A DNA stretch of 64,000 nt from Eledone cirrhosa (lineage: Eukaryota): NCBI GenBank assembly GCA_964016885.1, contig OZ024740.1, positions 215,326,001 through 215,390,000 on the forward strand, in the 5' to 3' direction. Below the pieces are notes generated by a model. It was not told where the DNA came from and made no database searches. It worked only from the letters and a program-made list of their open reading frames with translations. Below, in pieces: positions 56,671-64,000 of the stretch. The position numbers and the translations under genes were made by a program. Within the stretch, counting starts at the first letter, position 1. Each line of letters opens with the position of its first letter.

Positions 56671-57299
56671 ATAGGTATATATAGGTATATAGGCCTACAT
56701 GAGAGAATGTGTTAGAATATATCATTTCCTGTGTGAGTGTGTGTGAATATGTGTGTATGCGCGTGTATGTGTAAGTGTGTATGTATGTGTGTGTGTTCAA
56801 GTGTGTGTGTGTGTATGTGTGTATGTGTAAGTGTGTGTGTGTATGTGTGTGTGTGTGTGCATGTGTGTGTGTGTGCAAGTGTGTGTGTGTATGTGTGCGT
56901 GTGTGTGTATGTGTGTGTATGTGTGTGTATGTGTGTGTGTGCAAGTGTGTGTGTATGTGTGTATGTGTGTGTTTGAAAGTGTGTGGGTGTGTATGTGTGT
57001 GTGTGTGTAGGTGTGTGTGTGCAAGTGTGTGTGTGTGTGTATGTGTGGGTGTGTATTGTGGGTGTGCAAGTGTGTGTGTGTGTATGTGTGGATGTGCAAG
57101 TGTGTGGGTGTGTGTGTATGTGTGTGAGTGCAAGTGTGTGGGTGTGTATGTGTGTGTGTGTATGTGTGTATGTGTGTGTGTGCATGTGCGTGCGCCGGTT
57201 TCAATTTAAATATAAACAAAGAAAAAAGAAAAGAAAATATTCATCTCTGATATAATTATTCGATCTATGGTATACGGCTGAATGAATACACACACACTA

Positions 57300-57340
<41 letters not shown>

Positions 57341-57636
57341 TAGACACACACACACACACACACTCATAGACACACACACTCATAGACACACACACACATA
57401 CACACTCATAGACACACACACACTCAGACTCATAGACACACACACACACACTCATAGACACACACACAGACACTAATAGACACACACACACACACACATA
57501 CACACTCATAGAGACACACACACACACTCATAGACACACACACACACTCATAGACACACACATAGATACACCCATAGACACACAGACATAATACACATAC
57601 ACACAAAAGAATAAAAGAATAAAGAAGTATATATAT

Positions 57637-57710
<74 letters not shown>

Positions 57711-57760
57711 AAGTATGTATGTATACGTACATACATATATGTATACAGACGTACAGTAGC

Positions 57761-57799
<39 letters not shown>

Positions 57800-57953
57800 C
57801 ATACAGGCACACACATATATATGCACGTATCAGTTTACCGAACATTTATTATAATGTTCGCTTTGTTCGTTTGTAAACAAACGGACAGCCTGATTTACGC
57901 CGTACAGTGTTCAGGCAACCACGTCACCTTTTTGTTCAACACTGACACAGGAA

Positions 57954-57994
57954 CGATGTACTAGTTTCAAGCTTGTTAGCTATCGTCAGCACCG
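57954..57994 (-). ncRNA. Minimal type I hammerhead ribozyme
   Basis: CGGTG-CTGACGA-T-AGCT aaca AGCT-T-GAA-ACTAGT-A^CATCG: 5-bp stem I, palindromic stem III, GUA triplet. Confidence 0.8.
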
Positions 57995-58247
57995 TATACC
58001 TTTCTGCTAGATGGTTGAACGTTCGAAAGTATATACTTTCCTTATGAAAATTAACGGCTGAGCAGCCTAATTTGCATATTGAGTGAGTTCAGTCGGCCAG
58101 GCGCACCGAAAACGATAAATGGAATAGAATGAAACGAAATTTCATTTCTCACTCTTAGTACGGCACTTACTCAAAATGTAAGTATGTATGTATACGTACA
58201 TACATATATGTATACATGTATATATATATATATATGTATATATATGT

Positions 58248-58860
58248 ATATTGTTACACTCTGGGAGGGTCATGTTGCCAATAAGAAACACACGCACCAG
58301 TTGCTTTCACTTCAATTTATTATAATAAATTTAGAAATTTAGAAATTTATAAATTTCCGGTTGGTTGGTTGGTTCCACAACCAGATGATTGTTTATATAT
58401 TGTCAAAGTTCTTTCGTCACACATTCTGTGACCTCTTCAGTGACTGGGGATTCTTTTCTTTGTCTTTGTGCCTCTCCTTTGTTATGTCCTACGCCATCTT
58501 GTTTTTGTGTGTGTGTTGTGTCACAACACACAACACACACACAAAAACAAGATGGCGTAGGACAGAACAAAGGAGGGGCACAAAAACAAAGAAAAGAATC
58601 CCCAGTCACTAAAGAGGTCACAGAATGTGTGACGAAAGAACTTTGACAATATATAAACAATCATCTGGTTGTGGAACCAACCAACCAACCGGAAATTTAT
58701 AAATTTCTAAATTTCTAAATTTATTATAATAAATTGAAGTGAAAGCAACTGGTGCGTGTGTTTCTTATTGGCAACATGACCCTCCCAGAGTGTAACAATA
58801 TCGGGTTCAACACACGTTTTCAGATAAAGAATCTTGCTAAACAAATTCAGAAACGAAATA
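58248..58860. mobile_element. PLE family A palindrome (centre near 58522) plus tail
   Basis: Arms of about 270 bp, with the same end points and tail as the 22-kb and 31-kb copies. Confidence 0.88.
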
Positions 58861-58917
58861 TATATATATATATCAATATATATATATACATACACACACA
58901 CACATCTATATATTTAT

Positions 58918-59475
58918 AAGTGATTACACAACAGTTAGTTCACCATACCGAGAACAATTGTTTCACCTTAGCGGATCTTCAGCTCGGAATGGGCATGGTT
59001 ATAGGAACAGGAAGGACAACCGTACGAACGCGCATGCGCAGAAACTCGGTCACTTCACACAGGCAATACTAGACTGCGTGTGAGTGGTGTAAGGGAGATA
59101 ACTTCGAAAGTCCGAAAAGTTTTTAGGTTGAAAATAAAATTACGAAGAATCAGTCCGGAGCCTTGTAGTTATGCAATAGGTGTTTGGCGACGTGTGGACA
59201 ACGTGTGAAAAATTCACTCCTCGTGTTTAGGCAATCACTATTGCGTAATCTCTTTAGAATAGTTATTCGTTCGTCAATACATAAGCCACACGTCGGATTT
59301 CCCCTTGCGTATGGCTTGGACTTAGTGATGGCTTTCCATTGAATGGAGTAGTCTATACTTGAGTCCTTGAGGGACCATACGTGGCTCATGAGTTTCGTGG
59401 ATGAACGTCTGTCCGGGTATCTGAAGGTAGACTGGTGGTTCAGGAAACGTTCCTTGAATCGGCCCTCTGCCATGA
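58918..59475 (-). mobile_element. PLE GIY-YIG 3' fragment (family C)
   Basis: AEGRFKERFLNHQSTF...HVWSLKD...QWKAI...CGLCIDE...LN.RSE...CPH; inverted homologue of 60190-60958. Confidence 0.85.
58948..58987 (-). ncRNA. Minimal type I hammerhead ribozyme (family C)
   Basis: CCGAG-CTGAAGA-T-CC gctaa GG-T-GAA-ACAATTGT-T^CTCGG; second copy on plus at 60823-60860 (CTGAGGA). Confidence 0.8.
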
Positions 59476-59759
59476 GTAGATAGAGATTTGCGAGAATAGT
59501 AAAATAGACACACATACGCACACGTGCACACACAACCAGACACACACAGACACACAGAGACACACACACAAACACACACACACAGACACTCACACACACT
59601 CACACAAACAAAGCCAGCAATTTAGAGGAAGGGGAAAGTCGACAAAAAGCGACCCCAGTGTATGGACTGAAACTATGGAAATTATTAGGACTGGGGATAA
59701 AGTTATCAATAGAAGACATATTTGTTACATGTACATCATAAAATAAATTAAATTAGTGA

Positions 59760-59960
59760 AGGTACATGACTTAGTGGTTTGAGCCTCGGGCTTACAATCG
59801 TGAGGTTGTGAGTTCGATTCTAGGACCGGGCTTTGCGTTGTATCCTTGAGTAAGACACTTTGTTTCACGTCGCTCTAGTTTACTCACCTATAGAAATGAG
59901 TTGCGACGTCACTAGTGCCAAGCTGTATCGGCCACATTGCTTTTCCCTTGGACAACATCA
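59760..59960 (+). mobile_element. 5' half of a tRNA-derived SINE; 3' half at 61497-61688
   Basis: tRNA-like head (TGACTTAGTGG ... GAGTTCGATTC) and TCCTTGAGTAAGACACTT core. Confidence 0.7.
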
Positions 59961-59994
59961 TATATAGTGTATATATAATGTATATATAAAGCAC

Positions 59995-60044
<50 letters not shown>

Positions 60045-60050
<6 letters not shown>

Positions 60051-60184
60051 AAATGTGTGAGATCCTTGGTACAGTTAGGTTTATTTGAAAAAAAGGAAAA
60101 GAATGACTTTACTTGTAGTGTTAAAAAATCAACATTTTTTAAGACTACAAGTGAAGTCATTCTTTTCCTTTTTTTCAAATATAT
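60045..60184 (-). mobile_element. Short fold-back remnant (palindrome 60083-60181 plus tail of about 38 bp) in (TA)n
   Basis: ATTTGAAAAAAAGGAAAAGAATGACTT...AAGTCATTCTTTTCCTTTTTTTCAAAT. Confidence 0.6.
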
Positions 60185-60189
60185 ATATA

Positions 60190-60955
60190 TACACCCCACA
60201 AGGGTGCTCTTGCCGTAAGCCGGAAGCTTGTTCCCTTCAACAGCAATGCAACACACCCGCTGTAGTTTATGAAGCTGTGGTCATTTCCAACCGACCATAT
60301 CAACCACAGGAGTTCAAATCCTATGTGGGTATGGCAGAGGGCCGGTTTAAGGAACGCTTCCTGAACCACCAGTCGACCTTTAGGTACCCGGACAGACTTT
60401 CATCCACGAAACTCGCGAGCCACGTATGGTCCCTCAAGGACTCAAGTATAGACTACTCCATTCAATGGAAAGCCATCACTAAGTCAAAGCCATACGCAAG
60501 GGGCAATCCGCCGTGTGGACTATGTATTGATGAACAAATAAATATTCTAAAGAGATTACGCAATAGCGATTGCCTAAACTCAAGATATGAATTCTACACA
60601 CGCTGTCCACACGTCTGGAAACACCTCTTACATAACTACAAAGCTCCGGATTGAATTATTACAACATCCTAATTTTCTTATCAACTAGAAACTTTCGGAC
60701 TTTCGCAGTTATCTCCCTTACACCTCTCGCACGCAATTTAGTATTGCCTGAGTGAAGTGACCGTTTCTGCGCATGCGCGTTCGTACGGTTGTTCTTCCTG
60801 TTCCGTATAACCATGTCCATTACGAGCTGAGGATCCACTAAGGTGAAACAATTGTTCTCGGTATGGTGAACTAATTGTTGTGTAACCACTTCTACCTAAC
60901 TCATCCCATGGATTGAGTGCTCTACCACTACGGATATTACCTTACAGTGTTCTAC

Positions 60956-60958
<3 letters not shown>
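60190..60958 (+). mobile_element. PLE GIY-YIG 3' fragment (family C) with HHR and tail
   Basis: CSCR...CSLQQQC...VVYEA...SYVG.AEGRFKERF in ORF 60085-60654; ends in (TA)n. Confidence 0.88.
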
Positions 60959-60999
<41 letters not shown>

Positions 61000-61068
61000 G
61001 TATGTTGTCACGTCACTGCTGCCAAGTTGTATCTGCCATTGCCTTTCCCTTGGACAACATCATATATA

Positions 61069-61164
<96 letters not shown>

Positions 61165-61242
61165 ATATAGTAAGTTTGTTGTTGATCTTTTAGGACAACA
61201 AACTATAGTGTGTTCCGGCTTAAGCACTCCACGTCGTGTTTC

Positions 61243-61445
61243 CTTTGGGAGGGTCATGTTGCCAATAAGAAACACACGCACCAGTTGCTTTCAATTCAAT
61301 TTATTATAATAAATTTATAAATTTAGGAATTTATAAATTTCCGGTTGGTTGGTTGATTCCACAACCAGATGATTGTTTATATATTGTCAAAGTTCTTTCG
61401 TCACACATTCTGTGACCTCTTCAGTGACTGGGGATTCTTTTCTAT
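61243..61445 (-). mobile_element. PLE family A fragment fused to the tail of another family (61168-61243, homologous to 62259-62332)
   Basis: Sequence identity to 21860-22065 and to 62259-62332. Confidence 0.75.
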
Positions 61446-62337
61446 GTTGGAACAGATTCTTATATATATATATATATATATATACATATATGTTCTCACG
61501 TCACTGGTGCCAAGCTGTATCAGCCATTGCCTTTCCATTGGACAACATCGGTGGCGTGGAGAGGGGAGGCTGGTATGTATGGGCGACTGTTGGTTTTCCA
61601 CAAACAAACCTTGCCAGGATTTGTGCCTCGTAAGGGAAATTTTTAGGTGCAACTCCCATGGTCATTCGTGACCAAGGTGGGTCTTTTACATATAAATTAT
61701 ATATGACAATTCTAAGATTATATGGGCAAACCTATGAGAACTTTGCAATGGAAATGGAGCTACAGAGAATAAGGTGACCCTAATTACAACCAACAAACTT
61801 TACTATAGAAGTAACACAAATATGAGTGTACACACATTAAAGCAAGCAAATTAACAAAAGATCTGTGAGTATAGGTCAGATAGGAGTGGAATAAAGACAA
61901 CATGCAAACATACACGAACAAACACACACAAGCCCACCTGCGGACCATTAAACACAAAAACCGAACGAATTGATAAACAAAATTTAAAAAAACCATTTAA
62001 AAAAAAATCAGATTTCATAGAAATTTCGGCCGACGAAAATATATAAATAGGAAAGTTGACTCTGCCAGTGAAGAAACAAACATATAAATATACTTACATG
62101 CACACAAACACATATAAACACACACACACACCCACGTGATGAAGAAGCTATTAGGTTATTCACCTCATCTGAAATGCAGCATAATAAGAAATATAATGGT
62201 GTTGAAAAAAATAAAGGCTTCTTCCTTTATTATAAATACTCCGTCGGATAACATTTTCGGAAACACGACGTGGAGTGATTAAGTCGGAACACACTATAGT
62301 TTGTTGTCCTAAAAGATCAACAACAAACTTACTATAT

Positions 62338-62441
<104 letters not shown>

Positions 62442-62924
62442 GATATTAAACAAATGGAAACTATATTTATAAAACCATATTTATTTCATTATACATATTT
62501 CATGGATACCATATTAAAAATATGGCATGCCTTCGTCAGATAAAATACAATATATAAACAGTTTTATAAATAATTTTGACGTACCATAATATAAGCGACC
62601 ATTAAATTAGGAGGCTGCCTTGACGACCATTAAATTAGGAGGCTGCCTTGACTACCAAGGCAGCCTCCTAATTTAATGGTCGCTTATATTATGGTATGTC
62701 AAAATTATTTATAAAACTGTTTATATATTGTACTTTATCTGACGAAGGCATGCCATATTTTTAATATGGTATCCCTGAAATATGTATAATGAAATAAATA
62801 TGGTTTTATAAATATAGTTTCCATTTGTTTAATATCTTATATCTACTCCAAAAACTTGTCGAGTGCTTTATATCAGTTATAAAATATTTACTTGTTGTAA
62901 CCCAACAATTTTAAATAAAACTTT

Positions 62925-62928
<4 letters not shown>
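62442..62928 (+). mobile_element. Fold-back PLE-like remnant (palindrome 62442-62836 plus tail)
   Basis: Arms of about 180 bp, a tandem duplication at the centre, and (TA)n flanks. Confidence 0.8.
62731..62796 (+). ncRNA. Type I hammerhead ribozyme
   Basis: TACTTTAT-CTGACGA-AGG c ATGCCATAT tttta ATATGGTAT c CCT-GAA-ATATGTAT-A^ATGAAATA; mirror copy on minus at 62482-62547. Confidence 0.72.
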
Positions 62929-62999
<71 letters not shown>

Positions 63000-63002
<3 letters not shown>

Positions 63003-64000
63003 GGAATGCAGACCAGCGTGATAAAATAGAATACATTGATAAGAATCTCCATAACACACATAGCTGCACACGCAATTCAAGAATATATAACCGTGGTACA
63101 GAAATACAAGCGCACACATACAGTACCACCAGATATACTAATAGAAAATCATCACCAAATAAATCACGTTCTAGAAAGTATATCTGGTATAATCCCATTT
63201 TTAATGCTTCGATTAATACAAAACTATCTCTTTCATTCTTTAAGTTAATTAACAAGCATTTCCCTAGTTCCCATAAATACAGTAAGATTCTAAACTCTAA
63301 GACTATTAAGCTATCATACTCCACCGCACCAAACCTTGAAGCATACATAAAAAAACTTAACCTAAAGCAATTATTAAACAACACTACAAAACAAAATATT
63401 TTAGTAACAGATGAGCTTAACGTAATATCGGCCTCCCAACCGCCAAATGGGAGGCGGGTATTACACAACCCACCTGAACTGTTATCCCAACCTATCCACA
63501 ACAAAAACTGCAACTGCCACCTACCCAAAAGATGCCCATTGAAGAACAAATGCCTAGAGTCCAACATTGTTTATCAATGCACCGTTGAATCGAACGACCA
63601 GAAATGGTATTACATTGGGTCTACTACTACCTCCTTTAAATCTCGCTGGTATCGTCATCGATTTTCGATTAAGTATCCTAAACACCGTCTTGTGACTTCG
63701 CTCGCCAATAAGACCTGGCAACTCCGAGAATGCAACCGGCAGTTTACCTTGAAATGGGATAAACTATCCAGCGCTAGTGCATATCGGAGTGGATTGAAGT
63801 ACTGCAGATTATGCAACCTTCAACTCTTTTATATCTAAAAATCCAAAAACAAATGACTAAATAACAGAATCGAACGGTCGTTATATTGCAACCACAAACT
63901 GAAGGCTAAATTCTCTCACTATAAAATAACTTAACATTTGAACCCGAGACTGCAACATCGCTTTCTCGCTAACTAATTCCTCTCAATAACTACTTTTTAA
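63000..64000 (+). mobile_element. 5'-truncated PLE (linker + GIY-YIG, possibly Nematis-like) running off the window
   Basis: IWYNP.F...FFKLINKHFP...KLSYS..PN...CNC....CPL..KCL...IVYQC...YYIGST...FKSRW..H...CRLC. Confidence 0.85.

Overview
AT-rich, microsatellite-saturated eukaryotic DNA. The SINE/LINE families and the KRAB-less TGEKPYHCEICGKSF zinc-finger array suggest a cephalopod, probably an octopus (inference). Only one host gene is supported: a tandem C2H2 zinc-finger ORF (973-2070, 11 complete fingers). The rest is mobile DNA and tandem repeats: a hAT element with TIRs and TSD, a hAT MITE, a mariner, CR1, RTE, CRE and Dong/R4 fragments, tRNA-derived SINEs, two multi-kb satellites, and many Penelope-like element (PLE) pieces embedded in (TA)n. 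The most interesting signal is non-coding. About 20 hammerhead-ribozyme (HHR) cores, some intact and some degenerate, lie in many different PLE-like families. These families repeatedly show one architecture: (TA)n, inverted arm, loop, arm, unpaired 3' tail, (TA)n. In six families the short arm stops 3-8 nt before a shared ACTC...YGAGT hairpin motif in the tail. One motif (54734-54795, minus) looks like a non-circularly permuted hammerhead. All calls were made by eye; no database searches or folding programs were run.
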